64,000 bases of DNA from Mustelus asterias. Taxonomy: Eukaryota. Position numbers and translations under genes: made by a program. The stretch is taken from assembly GCF_964213995.1 (NCBI RefSeq), contig NW_027590253.1, positions 496,001-560,000 on the forward strand, in the 5' to 3' direction. Positions 1-13,424 of the stretch are shown in pieces. The notes under the pieces are model-generated. The model saw nothing but the letters and a program-made list of their open reading frames with translations, did no database searches and was not told the origin of the DNA. The number at the start of each line of letters is the position of its first letter. Position 1 is the first letter of the stretch.

Positions 1-1130
1 GGTGTGGCCTCACCAGCACCTTATACAGCTGCAACATAACCTCACTGTTTTTAAACTCCATCCCTCTCGCAATGAAGGACAAAATTCCATTTGCCTTCTT
101 AATTACCTGCTGCACCTGCAAACCAACTCCTTGAGATTCCTGCACTAGGACACCCAGGTCCCTCTGCACAGCAGCATGCTGCAATTTTTTACCATTTAAA
201 TAATAGTCAATTTTGCTGTTATTTCCATCAAAATGGATGACCTCACATTTACCAACATTGTACTCCATCTGCCAGACCCTCGCCCACTCACTGAGACTAT
301 CTATATCCCTTTGCAGACTTTCAACGTCCTCTGCACACTTTGCTCTGCCACCCATCTTAGTGTCATCTGCGAACTTTGACGCACTACACTTGGTCCCCAA
401 CTCCAAATCATCCATGTAAAACATAAACAATTGCGGTCCCAACACTGATCCCTGAGGCACACCACTAGTCACTGATCGCCAACCAGAAAAACACCCATTT
501 ACCCCCACTCTTTGCTTTCTGTTAGTTAACCAATCCTCTATCCATGCTAATATATTACCCGTAACACCGTGCACCTTTATCTTATGTAGCAGTTTTTGGT
601 GCGGCACCTTGTCAAATGCCTTCTGGAAATCCAGATACACCACATCCACAGGTTCCCCATTGTCAACTGCACATGTAATGTTCTCAAAGAATTCCACCAA
701 ATTAGTCAAACATGACCTGCCCTTCATGAACCCATGCTGCGTCTTACCAATGGGACAATTTATATCCAGATGTCTCGCTATTTCTTCCTTGATGATAGAT
801 TCAAGCATTTTCCCTCCTACAGAAGTTAAGCTAACCGGCCTATAGTTACCCGCCTTTTGTCTACCTCCTTTTTTAAACAGTGATGTCACATTTGCTGTTT
901 TCCAATCTGCGGGAACCACCCCAGAGTCCAGCGAATTTTGGTAAATTACCACTAGTGCATTTGTTATTTCCCCCGCCATTTCTTTTAGTACCCTGGGATG
1001 CATTCCATCAGGACCAGGAGACTTGTCTACCTTTAGCACCATTAACTTGCCCAACACTACCTCTTTCATGATAATGATAGTTTCTAGGTTCTCACCTGCC
1101 ATAGCCTTCCTGTCATCAATTTATGGAGGT
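1..1130 (-). mobile_element. CR1-like LINE reverse-transcriptase fragment
   Basis: Minus strand reads GVPQGSVLGP...DD...FADDT RT motifs (antisense of gtgtcatctgcgaactt, ccctgaggcacaccactagt) and RPVSLTSV; the plus-strand ORFs here are its antisense shadows. Confidence 0.85.
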
Positions 1131-2914
1131 TCTCTTGTTTACAATAATCTCCCTAATTGTAATTCACACCAGGTTCTAGTGACTTAACCATCTGGCAAGA
1201 AAAAACACTTTAAATGGTGAATTCAGAAAGTTTATTAACCATTAAAAATGTGACAAGTCAGAAAGATAAAAAGCAAAGTATCGATTAACACTTAATGGAG
1301 AAAGCTTCACTTTAACAATTGAACAAACTTCTCTCCTTCTCAGACCAGGGCATGAAGCGACGGCTCTGCAAACGGGGGTAACTTGTAAAACCAACAGCTC
1401 TCAACACCTCTCTGTAAACATCTCTCCCTCCATCTCTCTCTACCAAATTGGCTTCTCAAGACCCCTTCTTTATTCTTTAAAAATGTCAAACGCCCACCTT
1501 AGCAAATTCCCATAAATCTTCAATTATAAACTAAAATAAATATGAATTTTCAGGCGATTTAAAAACAAATGAACTGTCTGCTGAAAAGGTTAACTTTCCT
1601 ACAGAACCTAAAGGGGGGGGGAGTGAGCAGCAAAAACTTGGCACACAATTACATCACTTTACACAAGTTTAAAAAACTTCTCTAACAATAAAACAAACTT
1701 GATTTTAAACTTCATCTATTAAGTTTTTTTGTTATATTCCTCAACGTAATTATTTTAATTTGATCAGTTTTTGTTAGGGATGGGTAACTTCCGTTCTTTA
1801 TAAACTAGTTCACTCTTTTAAAAAAATTCTACATGGGCTCAGAGAATCAGAACCCAGACTTTATCATCCTTACCCTGTTTCTCTTTTTGCCACCACTCCC
1901 TCTGTTTTGCGTAAACATTTTATCCTAAAAGTTAAATACTGTGGATGCTGGAATTTGAAACAAAAATCGAAAATGCTGGAACATCTCAACAGGTCTGACA
2001 GCATCTGCGGAGAGAGAACAGAGCCAATGTTTCGAAGTTATGAAGTGTCGTCCAGACACAAAACGTTGGCTCTATTCTCAAATCATTTTATCAACAAGTT
2101 TCTTTTTCTTAGTTTCCAAATGGCAGGTAAGAACCTGTCCGGTCCCCACTCGAGCTCTGATTTTTCACTGGCCATGCTTGGGTAAGATTATAACCATTAG
2201 AATCTACTCTCAGAGGTCCGCTTTTCAGTCCAGTGCTACTTGGAGTATACCGTCACTTCACCGACTATTGGGTCACAAATCCCTCACAGTTCTTATCACA
2301 AATTTAGGATAAATTAATTTAAACATGCCTGAGAACACTTCTTAATTTCTTGACCAACTACCAACCATTGTTTGCCGATTGGTCAGACCCCCTGTTCACA
2401 GATTCGGGTCTCTCAGCTGCTGAACACCAGATGGTCCTTCAATAAATTTAACTCGAACTCATTCTGAGTAAATATTCTCACCAGGTCCTCTGTTGGGGCC
2501 CTGCTAAGCAGCTTTAATGGTCCGTGATTGCAGAAACTGAGCAATCACAGGAATGTGGTCAAAATAGTCCAGTCCTATAATCTGCAGTCCTTCAATTATA
2601 ACAGAATATGTGGCTGTATGTAGCTGCCCCGGCCGTGATCAACCCCAACACTGCCTTCCTGAACTGCTACAATGCCTGGGGTGTAGGTACACCCACAGTG
2701 CTGTTAGGGAGGGATTTCCAGCTACACATTCCAGACTTTCACTGGACTGTAGGTGGATATCAGATTGATACATTTCATTCAACCACACCCAAGGTGAGTT
2801 ATTCCAATTCCTTTATTGTCCAGGACAATATATTCACAATATCTTTAAAACAGAAATTAAACATTCCCATTTGATTTCAGGCAGTAACATATTCTGTTAG
2901 TTTGTTCTTTATTG

Positions 2915-3210
2915 TCAATGTCAGGCTGGGGTTGTTCGTCTTGGAGCAAAGGAGGTTGAGGGGAGATTTGATAGAGGTGGACAAGATTCTGACAGGTTTA
3001 GATAAGGTGGACAAAGAAAAGCTGTTCCCATTCGCTGACGGGACAAGGACGAGGGGGACACAGATTTATGGTTTTGGGTCAGAGATGCAGGGGGGTGATG
3101 TGAGGAAGAATATTTTGATGCAGCGAATGGTAATGACCTGGAACTCGCTGCCTACGAGGGTGGAGGAAGTGGAGACAATAAACAATTACAAAGGGAATTG
3201 GATGGGCATT
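2915..3210 (+). mobile_element. CR1-like LINE 3' fragment
   Basis: LGLFVLEQRRLRGDLIEV..KI..G / WNSLP motifs typical of the CR1 ORF2 C-terminus. Confidence 0.75.
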
Positions 3211-3474
3211 GGGGGGTTTCAAACAGAAATGCTGACTAAATATCTCTGAACTTCCTCACACCCGGTCACTCTGTGATCCGTGTGAAATTTAAAACCGGGT
3301 ATTCGCAACAAGACTCAAAGAGCATCAGCCCACTGGAGGCAGTTGTGAGACCGGCCAGTCCAGCAGAAAGAAACCCTCCGACCCTCCCCATTGACCAACT
3401 GTGAGAATGAACAAAATGCAGTCCTGGATGTAATTGAGAGCAGAAACAACAACAGCAGAATCCAACCCCTTGAA

Positions 3475-4233
3475 TCATTCGTGAACTTGTTGGTGTCTCA
3501 GCAGGGAGGATGAAACACTGAATCCCTTCCCACATTGAGAGCAAATGAATGGCCTCTCCCCTGTGTGAACTCGCTGGTGTATCTGCAGGCTGGATGAGTC
3601 AGTGAATCTCTTCCCACACTGAGGGCAGGTGAACGGCCTCTCCCCAGTGTGAACTCGCAGGTGTTTCTGCAAGTTGGATAAGTCATTGAATCCCTTCCCA
3701 CACTGAGAGCAGGCGAACGGTTTTTCCCCAGTGTGAACTCGCTGGTGTGTCCGTAGGATGGATAATCGAGTGAATCGCTCCCCACACTGAGAGCAGGTGA
3801 ACGGTTTCTCCCCAGTGTGAACTCGCTGGTGTGTCCGCAAGTTGGATGACTGAGTGAATCCCTCTCCACACTGAGAGCAGGTGAACGGTCTCTCCCCAGT
3901 ATGAACAAGCTGGTGTGTCCGCAGGTTGGATGACCGAGTGAATCCCTTCCCACACTGAGAGCAGGTGAATGGCCTCTCCCCAGTGTGAACCCGCTGGTGT
4001 GTCCGCAGGCTGGATAACTGACTGAATCTCTTCGCACACTGAGGGCAGGCGAACGGTCTCTCCCCAGTGTGAACTCGCTGGTGTCTCCGCAGGCTGGATG
4101 ACAAAGTGAATCCCTTCCCACACACCGAACAGGTGAACGGCCTCTCCCCATTGTGACTGCGTCGATGAATTTCCAGATCAGATGGAGCTTTGAATCCCTT
4201 CCCACAGTCCCCACATTTCCACGGTTTCTCCAT
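3475..4233 (-). CDS. Tandem C2H2 zinc-finger protein, 9 fingers (ZNF-A)
   Basis: ATG at 4233 (MEKPWKC...), nine CxxC-x12-HxxxH fingers with TGE(R/K)P linkers, stop at 3475; splice acceptor ttttacag near 4578; degenerate fingers upstream in the same exon. Confidence 0.88.
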   Translation of the reverse strand: MEKPWKCGDCGKGFKAPSDLEIHRRSHNGERPFTCSVCGKGFTLSSSLRRHQRVHTGERPFACPQCAKRFSQLSSLRTHQRVHTGERPFTCSQCGKGFTRSSNLRTHQLVHTGERPFTCSQCGEGFTQSSNLRTHQRVHTGEKPFTCSQCGERFTRLSILRTHQRVHTGEKPFACSQCGKGFNDLSNLQKHLRVHTGERPFTCPQCGKRFTDSSSLQIHQRVHTGERPFICSQCGKGFSVSSSLLRHQQVHE

Positions 4234-4875
4234 GGTGCGGGTGTCCTTGTGAATCTCCAGGTTAAACAATCAGTTAAAACTCACACAGAACACAAGTACA
4301 GTCTCTCCCCGCTGTGAATGCTGCGATGTATTTTCAGGCTGTGTATCTGGTTAAAGCTTTTTCCTCAGTGCACTGGAACACTCTCAATTGAGTGTGTCTG
4401 TGTCTCGGTGCTTTTCCAGTGATGCTGATGTTTAAAATCTTCTGTAGCAGACAGAACAGAGAAACATTTCTCCTTCTAGATTCAAAGGCCGATGATATTC
4501 GGGTCCAGATGAATTGAGTGAGTCTGTCAGATATTTGGTTTGAGATTTCTGTCTGTAAATCTTCACCTTCTGATATCCTGTAAAAGGAGTTTATAAAAAC
4601 CATCACTGTCACTACAGGATAGAAATTCAGAACACAGTTCTAGTTTCTGTGGAACATTCTTTCCTCTCATTCCCCAAAAGCTGTAAATCTCCATCCCACA
4701 CACTCTCCCTCCATTCTCACTCTGCTGTATCTAATATTCACCCTCCCAATTTTCCTGAAGGTGTTGATTCAGGTTGATTGACAGATCCATGCTCACTGCT
4801 TCCTGTCCAGCACAGAAATCATAACTCAAAGCAGCTGCAATCAGTTATTCGCCACATTGAGTCCGCTCAACCATT

Positions 4876-5193
4876 CATAGAATCATAGAATCTACAGTGC
4901 AGGAGGAAGGCATTAGGCCCATCGAGCCTGCACCAACAACAATCCCAACCAGTTCCAATCCCCGTAACCCCCCATATTTACCCTTCGAATCCCCCAACAC
5001 TAAGGGTCAATTTATCATGGCCAATCAACCCAATCCACACATCTTTGGATTGTGGGAGGAAACCAGAGCACTGGAGGAAACCCACGCAGAGATCATGCAA
5101 ACTCCACACAGACAGTGACCCAAGCCAGGAATGGAAGCCAGGTCCGTGACGCTGTGAGACAGCCGTGATAACCACTGAGCCACCGTGCCGCCC
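4876..5193 (-). mobile_element. tRNA-derived HE1-like SINE
   Basis: Reverse complement of gggcggcacggtggctcagtggtt...cttgggtcactgtctgtgtggagtttgca, with (attctatg) tail. Confidence 0.8.
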
Positions 5194-5258
5194 AGATGTA
5201 CCTTAGCACCATTTTCTCCACAGTATCCCCTGGATCCCTTGATATCCCTTGATATCAT

Positions 5259-5598
5259 GGGCGGCACGGTAGCACAGTGGTTAGCACTGCTGCTTCACAG
5301 CTCCAGGGACTTGGGTTCGATTCCCGGCTTGGGTCACTGTCTGTGTGGAGTTTGCACATTCTCCTCGTGTCTGCGTGGGTTTCCTCTGGGTGCTCCGGTT
5401 TCCTCCCACAGTCCAAAGACGTGCAGGTTAGGTTGATTGGCTATGCTAAAAATTGCCCTTAGTGTCCTGAGATGCGTAGGTTAGAGGGATTAGTGGGTAA
5501 ATATGTAGAGATATGGGGGTAGGGCCTGGGTGGGATTGTGGTCGGTGCAGATTCGATGGGCCGAATAGCCTCTTTCTGTACTGTAGGGTTTCTATGAT
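5259..5598 (+). mobile_element. tRNA-derived HE1-like SINE
   Basis: gggcggcacggtagcacagtggttagcac (A box), ggttcgattcccggc (B box), CR1-like 3' tail ttctatgat. Confidence 0.85.
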
Positions 5599-6109
5599 CT
5601 TGAATATCTAGAAACCTATCAAACCCTTACTTGAAAATTCTTGATGACTGAGCTTTACAGTCCTCTGAGGTAAAGAATTCCAAAGCTTCACCAGATCCTT
5701 GAGTGAAAAAATCCCATCTCATCTTCGCTTTCTCTCCAAATAAATGTACTTTATTACAGGACCATAAATAAAATCTAATCTGTACAATAGAACAAAACTA
5801 GACATATCTCTGTCCTCTATTAGTTTGTTCCCTTAAATGTCAGCCATCTCCGGTGGAAACCAGCCTTTAATTGTGAACATCAGGAAAGAGACCATCCTTT
5901 TAGCCAGATAAATAAATGTGTCAAGCTGAGGGAGCAAAGGATGTCAATGTCTTTAAGAGAGAGAGACTTGGGGCAACCTTTCCAGAGTCTGCAGCCTCCC
6001 TGGATTCACTTCCTTTCCCTTCAGTTGCTGCAAGTCCCCAATTTCCCCCAGAATGAGAAAAGAAATGGAAAGGGGGAGAAAAGAAAGTGTTTTACTCACA
6101 GATGTTGGT

Positions 6110-9100
6110 TTCTTTTTATTTATCACAAATACGTTAATACAAAGCAATTACAAATACACAAAAAATACATTACCAATGGCTAACGCCATCCATTTATCAG
6201 TTACTATCTTCTATTTCGGAAGGGTTCACTAACGGTCATAGTTTTCCAGGGCATTGCCCTCTCAATACACCTCCAATTACAAATCATAATCTACAAAGTG
6301 ACAAACATTAGTACAACACAACAAGAATAAACATTGCAGCATATCCGCCGCCCTCCAGGGCACCGCCTCCCGGGTTTTTCCCCTGCCGGGGGATGCAACC
6401 CTCCAGAGGTACTCAGGTCCGGGGGTTCCACCTGACGGATGTTCGACTGGAGGCGGGGGGACAGGAAAACCACCCCGAACCTACTCAATCCGGACTGCCT
6501 TCCGGATTTTCGGCTGGGGCGGTGGGAAAAGCTCTCCGGGATACTCAATTCGGCCTGCCTTCCCAATTTTTCTCCCGGAGAACAAAACCCCCCCCGGTGT
6601 TACCCCTCTGGGTGCCCCGGACACTTTCCACAACTGGATGTCACACCCCCCGGGGGTCACTCTATCCAGGAGGGAGGGGGGTGGGGGATACCCCCCAGGC
6701 CACAAACAATGCAAAGATTTTCCGTTGGTTAGTACAAACACGATATTACAAAACAATTACAAATGAACAAAGAACAAATCTGAAAAATACATTACCGATG
6801 GCTAACACCATCCATTTATCAATTACTACCTTCCATTTCGGAAGGGTTCATCATCAATTACAGTTTTCCAGGGCATTGCCCTCAAAATACACCTCCATTT
6901 ACAAATCATAATCTACAAATCTACAAACATTAACACAACACTACAACTGTACACAACAAAAAATAAACACTGAAGCATAAGGGCACCGTCCCCTGGGTTT
7001 GTCCACCTGCCGGGGGATGCAACCCTCCAGTGGTACTCATATCCGGGGGTTACACCTTACGGATGTTCAGCCGGAGGGGGGAAATGGGGAAACCACCCCG
7101 AACCTACTCAATCCGGAATCCCTTCGGGAGTTTCAGCCGGGGCGGTGGGAGAGTCTCTCCAGGGTACTCAGTTCGGGCCTGCCTTCCCAATTTTTCTCCC
7201 GGAGAATAAAAATCCCTCTGGTGTTACTATGTCCGGGGCTTCACCACCCAGAACTTTTCCCAAGTGGATGTCACACCCCCCGGGGGTGACTTTATCCAGG
7301 GGGGGATGCCCCCCAGGCCACAAATAACGCAAGAAAATAGACGGGGGCCGGAACAAACCACCAACTACCATAACAGGAAAACCACATATTACAATAACAA
7401 ACAATCCATGAACAACCATACAATTGTGAAACATTTCGGAGGCACCGCCTTCCAGAGCTTCGCCCATCAACATTCCACCGTCCGAAGTCGACAACGCTCA
7501 ACTACAGTCCTCCAAAGTTCACCACTCCGGGCCAGAACTTCCAAAATCACACCCACTGGGGCTGCACCGTCTGGGGTCACACCCTCCGCGGCTGAACCTT
7601 CTGAAACCATAGTTCCCAAATGGCTCCTCCCTGGCTTGGGCCCTCCGAGACTGCATCCACCCGGGCCACGCCTTTCAAGGCACAGGAATCCCAGCGAGAG
7701 CAGCATTCAACAAGCCCCAGCCGAAACAAAAAGTTCTTGCACAAGTCACGAACCCAAGCACTTGAAACAGAAACTTCACGCCGACCAAGGCGTTCCTCCC
7801 AGCGGCCACATTTCCAAAAGCTCACCGCAAGGCGCGCATTAAGCCTGCCTTGAACTCCTTATCCTCTGCCCGCCCCCTGCCTGGAGCACACTATACTGGC
7901 CAACACGCAAAGCGAACGGCCAATATGGTGGATTTCTTTTTGTTTATTACAAATACGTTAATACAAAACAATTACAAATACACAAAGAACAAATGTGAAA
8001 AAAATACATTACCAATGGCTAACGCCATCCATTTATCAGTTACTACCTTCCATTTCGGAAGGGTTCATCGTCAATTACAGTTTTCCAGGGCATTGCCCTC
8101 AAAATACACCTCCATTTACAAATCACAATCTACAAATCGACAAACATTAACAACACTACAACTGTACACAACAAAAAAATAAACACTGAAGCATAAGGGC
8201 ACCGTCCCCTGGGTTTGTCCACCTGCCGGGGGATGCAACCCTCCAGTAGTACTCATATCCGGGGGTTACACCTTACGGATGTTCAGCCGGAGGGGGGCCA
8301 TGGGGAAACCACCCCGCCTACTCAATCCGGAATGCCTTCCGGAATTTCAGCCGGGGCGGTGGGAGAGTCTCTCCAGGGTACTCAGTTCGGGCCTGCCTTC
8401 CCAATTTTTCTCCCGGAGAATAAAAATCCCTCTGGTGTTACTATGTCCGGGGCTTCACCACCCAGAACTTTCCCCAAGTGGATGTCACACCCCCCGGGGG
8501 TGACTCCATCCAGGGGGGGATGCCCCCCAGGCCACAAATAACGCAAGAAAAATAGACGGGGGCCGGAACAAACCACCAACTGTCATAACAAGAAAACCAC
8601 ATATTACAATAACAAACAGTCCATGAACAACCATACAATTGTGAAACATTTCGGAGGCATCGCCTTCCAGAGCTTCGCCCATCAACATTCCACCGTCCGA
8701 AGTCGACAACGCTCAAATACAGTCCTCCAAAGTCCACCACTCCGGGCCAGAACTTCCAAAATCACACCCACTGGGGCTGCACCGTCTGGGGTCACACCTT
8801 CCGCAGCTGAACCTTCCGAAACCATAGTTCCCAAATGGCTCCTCCCTGGCTTGGGTCTTCCGAGATTGCATCCACCCGGGCCACGCCTTTCAAGGCACAG
8901 GAATCCCAGCGAGAGCAGCATTCAACAAGCCCCAGCCGAAACAAAAAGTTCTTGCACAAGTCACGAACCCAAGCACTTGAAACAGAAACTTCACGCCGAC
9001 CAAGGCGTTCCTCCCAGCGGCCACATTTCCAAAAGCTCACCGCAAGGCGCGCATTAAGCCCGCCTTGAACTCCTTATCCTCTGCCCGCCCCCTGCCTGGA

Positions 9101-9147
9101 GCACACTATACTGGCCAACACGCAAAGCGAACGGCCAATATGGTGGA
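6110..9147 (-). repeat. Tandem array of ~1.2-kb units (two full, one partial), probably 3' ends of a LINE-like element
   Basis: Units at ~6110-6720 (partial), ~6735-7930 and ~7933-9147; duplicated ORFs ending at 7842 and 9057 (offset 1215); T-rich left ends resemble a minus-strand 3' terminus. Confidence 0.75.
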
Positions 9148-9179
9148 CTGGCTGGACAATCCAATCTTTCCCACCCACA

Positions 9180-9660
9180 GATGTGGACGACAGGAGGAAG
9201 TTTGAGTCTGTCTGAAGCTCAATCTGAGTATCACAAAGCCCGATTGGCTGAAGGACCAGAGTCCTTCCGGTCCTCCAACTCTTCCCATTGGTCAACACCT
9301 CAGCACGAAGGTCAGAAGGCGGGCTGCCCCGCTCATGCGCAGTGTCCCCTCTCCACTGGACATGCGCAGTCCCGGGCCAGGGGGAGGGGGCGATCACCGA
9401 GAGGCTTCTCGCTGTGGCCGGAGCCGCCAGCCGGTTGCCTAGAAACCTTGGCTGGAGGAGGTGCAGGGGGAGGGGAACAATGGGTGGGGGCGGGGCTTCC
9501 GTGTCTGTGCGCCCGGGCCTGCGCACTGGAACTCCAGGACGTCATTGTGGAAGAGACTGATTCCTATTGGCTGATTCGCGGCAGGGCTCCATTGTGACGT
9601 CACAATGCGGAAGTTGGCCAATGAGCTTCAGAGTGAAACTTCCGCCTCTGGGCCACATCT
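9180..9660. promoter_or_regulatory. CpG-island bidirectional promoter between divergent ZNF genes
   Basis: CpG-rich; several CCAAT boxes (gattggctg 9242, tattggctg 9565, ggccaat 9616); NRF1-like catgcgca x2; GC box ggggcgggg; CRE tgacgtca inside a 16-bp palindrome at 9591-9606; ETS ggaagt/acttccg. Confidence 0.7.
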
Positions 9661-10136
9661 GGGAGGAAATCAATGTTTCCCCCTTTCCATTTCTTTTCTC
9701 ATTCTGGGGGAAATTGGGGACTTGCAGCAACTGGAGGGAAAGGAAGTGAATCCAGGGAGGTTGCAGACTCTGAAAAGGTTGGCCCGGGTTTCTCTCTCTC
9801 TTAAAGACATTGACATCCTTTGCAATGTTCCACAGGAACTAGAATTGTCTGATTTGAATTTCTATCTTGTTCTGACAGCGATGACTTTTGTCAATTCTTT
9901 TTACAGGATATTAGAAGGAGTTGATTTGCTGATAGAAATGTCAAGATCTAACATTCACTCAATTCATGGGAGCTGAATGTCATCGGTTTGAATCTGGAAG
10001 AAGAAACGTTTCTCAGCTTGAGTTGGGTGAACCATTGGTGTGAACAGAAAAGCATCGAGGCCCGTGCAACCCGAGTGACGGTGTTCCAATGCACGTATTG
10101 TGAAAACTGCAGGAGAGACAGAAAGACACTCAGATC

Positions 10137-11087
10137 ATGGAAAAACCATGGAAATGTGGGGACTGTGAAAAGTCATTCCGTTCCCCATCGGTGTTGGAAA
10201 TTCATCGACGCAGTCACACCGGGGAGAGGCCATTCACCTGCTCCAATTGTGGGAAAGGATTCACTCGGTTATCGATCTTGCTGACACACCAGCGAGTTCA
10301 CACCGGGGAGAAGCCATTCAGCTGCTCTGATTGTGGGAAGGGATTCACTCAATCATCGCACTTGCTGATACACCAGCGAGTTCACAATGGAGAGAGGCCA
10401 TTCACTTGCCCCGTGTGTGAGAAGGGATTCAGCGATTCATCCACACTGCAGACACACCAGAGAGTTCATACTGGGGAGAGGCCATATATCTGCTCCATGT
10501 GTGGTAAAGGATTTGCTCAGTCATCCAACCTGTATTCACACCAGCGAGTTCACACCGGAGAGAGGCCGTTTCCCTGCTCTGTGTGTGGGAAGGGATTCAG
10601 TAACTCCGCCAACCTGCTGAGACACCAGCAACTTCATACTGGGGAGGCTTCCTTCACCTGCTTTGAGTGTGGTAAAGGATTCAGTGATTCATCCAACCTG
10701 TTTTCGCACCAGCGAACTCACACTGGGGAGAGGCCATTCACCTGCTTTCTGTGTGGAAAGGGATTTAGCCAGGCATCCCGCCTGCAGACACACCAGCGAG
10801 TCCACACCGGGGAGAGGCCGTTCACCTGCTCAGTGTGCGGCAAGGGATTCAGTGATTCATCCAACCTGATTTCACACCAGGGAGTTCACACTGGAGAGAG
10901 GCCATTTAACTGCTTTGTGTGTCAGAAGGGATTCAGTCGATTATCTAACCTGCTGACACACCAGCGACTTCACACTGGGGGGAGACCGTTTGCCTGCAAT
11001 GAATGTGGAAAGGGATTCACACGATCATCCCACCTGCTGAGACACCAGCAAGTTCATAAGCGATTACAAACATTGGATTCTGCTTAA
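10137..11087 (+). CDS. Tandem C2H2 zinc-finger protein, 11 fingers (ZNF-B)
   Basis: 316-aa ORF starting MEKPWKC with eleven canonical fingers and TGERP-type linkers; acceptor ttttacag at 9906; aataaa near 11318. Confidence 0.9.
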   Translation: MEKPWKCGDCEKSFRSPSVLEIHRRSHTGERPFTCSNCGKGFTRLSILLTHQRVHTGEKPFSCSDCGKGFTQSSHLLIHQRVHNGERPFTCPVCEKGFSDSSTLQTHQRVHTGERPYICSMCGKGFAQSSNLYSHQRVHTGERPFPCSVCGKGFSNSANLLRHQQLHTGEASFTCFECGKGFSDSSNLFSHQRTHTGERPFTCFLCGKGFSQASRLQTHQRVHTGERPFTCSVCGKGFSDSSNLISHQGVHTGERPFNCFVCQKGFSRLSNLLTHQRLHTGGRPFACNECGKGFTRSSHLLRHQQVHKRLQTLDSA

Positions 11088-11989
11088 TCACACCCAGGAC
11101 TGAACCACGTTCATTCTGACAGTTTGTGAAGTTGGAGGGTCGGAGGGTTTCTTTCTGCTGGACTGGCCGATCTCACAGCTTTGTTTCCAGTGGGCTGATG
11201 CTCTTTGAACCTGGGAGAGCACATTTCCACTGAAATGATCCACAAAAGCTGATGAACGTTATTTATTTTATTCTGGATAGTAAATAGTGTTTTTCCTACC
11301 ACTGCAGGTAGATCTAAAATAAATACATTTGTCTCTGTACCAGTGAGTCTACAGCACAGGGCCAGGCCAGTCGGCTCACATGGTCTATGTCAGTATTTAT
11401 GCTCCACATGAGCCTCCACCCACCCCTCTTCATCTCCCCCCATCAGCATATCCTTCTATTCCTTTCTCCCTCATGTATGTATCTAGCTTCCCCTTCAATG
11501 TATTCATGCTGTTCACCTCAACCACTCGCTGTGGTAGTGAGTTCTACAGTCTCACCACTCGCTGGTAAAGAGGTTTCACATTAAATCCCTATTAGATTAT
11601 TGAATCTCTGAAAATGCACACAGCATTTGTAACAAAAAGGATGAATTGTCAGCATGGTAGAGATAAATGTGTGTGTCCTGATAGACATTACAGAGACTTA
11701 GTTGAAATGTCACGGAGGCTGGGATCTAAATATTGAAGGGTATTTGACATAATGGAATGGCAGGAAGCTAGGAAAAGGTGACAGGATCTCTCCCATTAAC
11801 TAACAATGACATTAGTTCAGTACAGAGCTACCACCTTAGCCTGAAAGATCAGGATGAAGGATCGGTTTGGGTCGAGATAAGAAATGGTAAAGGTATGAGG
11901 TCTCTTGTGGGAGTATTTAATGGGCCCCTTACCTAAGTTACACTGAACTGATTTCTTTATTTTGAACATGACACTATAATAGTATGTTT

Positions 11990-12286
11990 ATTTATTAGTG
12001 TCACAAACTGGCTTACATTAACATTGCAATGAAGTTACTGTGAAAATCCCTGAGTTGCCACAACTCAGCGCCTATTTGGGGAGACTGAAGGAGAATTTAG
12101 CATGGCCAACGCACCTGACCAGCATGTCTTTCCGACTATGGGAGGAAACCGGAGCACCCGGAGGAAACCCACGCAGACACGGGGAGAACGTGCAGGCTCC
12201 ACACAGACAGTGACCCAAGCCGGGAATTCACCATGGGTCCCTGGTGCCATGAGGCAGCAGTGCTAACCACTGTGCCACCGTGCCGC
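11990..12286 (-). mobile_element. tRNA-derived SINE (HE1-related head)
   Basis: Same head as the 5259 SINE on the minus strand (cactgtgccaccgtgccgc; ggaggaaaccggagcacccggagg). Confidence 0.8.
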
Positions 12287-12914
12287 ACTCAGATACTCTA
12301 TTGCACTGCCCAGAAATAAAATAAACACCTGATCAAAAAGGACTAGGAAAAAGTACAAACTTATAAATCTCAACTCCTTTTCACAAATACAGATCAAATA
12401 CTTCATCATTTCCAGTTCCCAGTCACATCATTTTCTCATTATCATGTTCTGATTATTCAAATAGTATCTCTATTAAACTCATAGATAATACCATTATTTT
12501 ATTCCATGACGTCATATAAACTAACATTTGAAGCTTATACATTGTTTTAAAACTGTATTTACACATATTTTCAAATCTTCACCCAAAGCATTCCAAAGAT
12601 TCATCCACAAACTGAAATATACACAGACTTTAAAGTTGTACAAACATAACATTTTTTAAACTTGTTTTTTTCTATTTAATACATGATCATCATCCCTTAA
12701 AGTCAACAGTTTCTTTGCAAATTTTCAGGCAATGATTCATTTTTTGCTTCATCCAAAATCATTGCAGTTTTCAGTTCAACGGACTCCCTAAACTTTAAAA
12801 CCTGGACATTTTAGAAATAATTTGTTGCTAAGTTCTTGAAAATTCACTTTATTACTATTAATTTGGCTTTTTTCTGTAACATATAGATCGGATTAATAAA
12901 GTTAAAGTTTGATG

Positions 12915-13210
12915 TTTATTTATTAGTGACACAAGTAGACTTACATTAACACTGAAATGAAGTTAATGAAAATCCCCCAGTCACCACACTCCGGCACCTG
13001 TTTGGCTACACTGAGGGAGAATTTAGCATGGCCAATGCACCTAACCAGCACGTCTTTCGGACAGTGGGAGGAAACCGGAGCACCCGGAGGAAATCCACAC
13101 AGACGCAGGGAGAACGTGCAGACTCCACACAGTGACCCAAGCCAGGAATCAAACCCGGGTCCCTGGCACTGAGAGGCAGCACTGCTAACCACAGTGCCGC
13201 CATGTCGCCC
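12915..13210 (-). mobile_element. tRNA-derived SINE (HE1-related head)
   Basis: Near copy of 11990-12286. Confidence 0.8.
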
Positions 13211-13424
13211 AAATATTCATGCTTTATAACGTTTCCCCAAACCTCTGAAGAATCATCTCAAATGAACAATACAAAATATGCAAGGACTGCAGATCCAATA
13301 TAAATTTAGTTTTACTCAGAATTTCAATACTCTTTGATCATTTTGTTTTAATATATATTGTATATGTGGTTTCCAACAAAAGGTATGGTCTAGGAGAACA
13401 CCCAGAACTATATTTCCATATGGG

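Noticed and set aside
3498-4214. Long alternative-frame ORFs overlapping the ZNF genes (also 19653-20192, 10387-10620)
   Set aside because: Frame-shifted shadows of repetitive finger-coding DNA; no independent evidence
5259-5330. tRNA-like A/B boxes
   Set aside because: SINE heads, not tRNA genes; they continue into SINE body and tail
7264-7842. 192-aa ORF duplicated at 8623-9057
   Set aside because: Lies within the tandem repeat unit, has no recognisable domain, and the start is not conserved between copies
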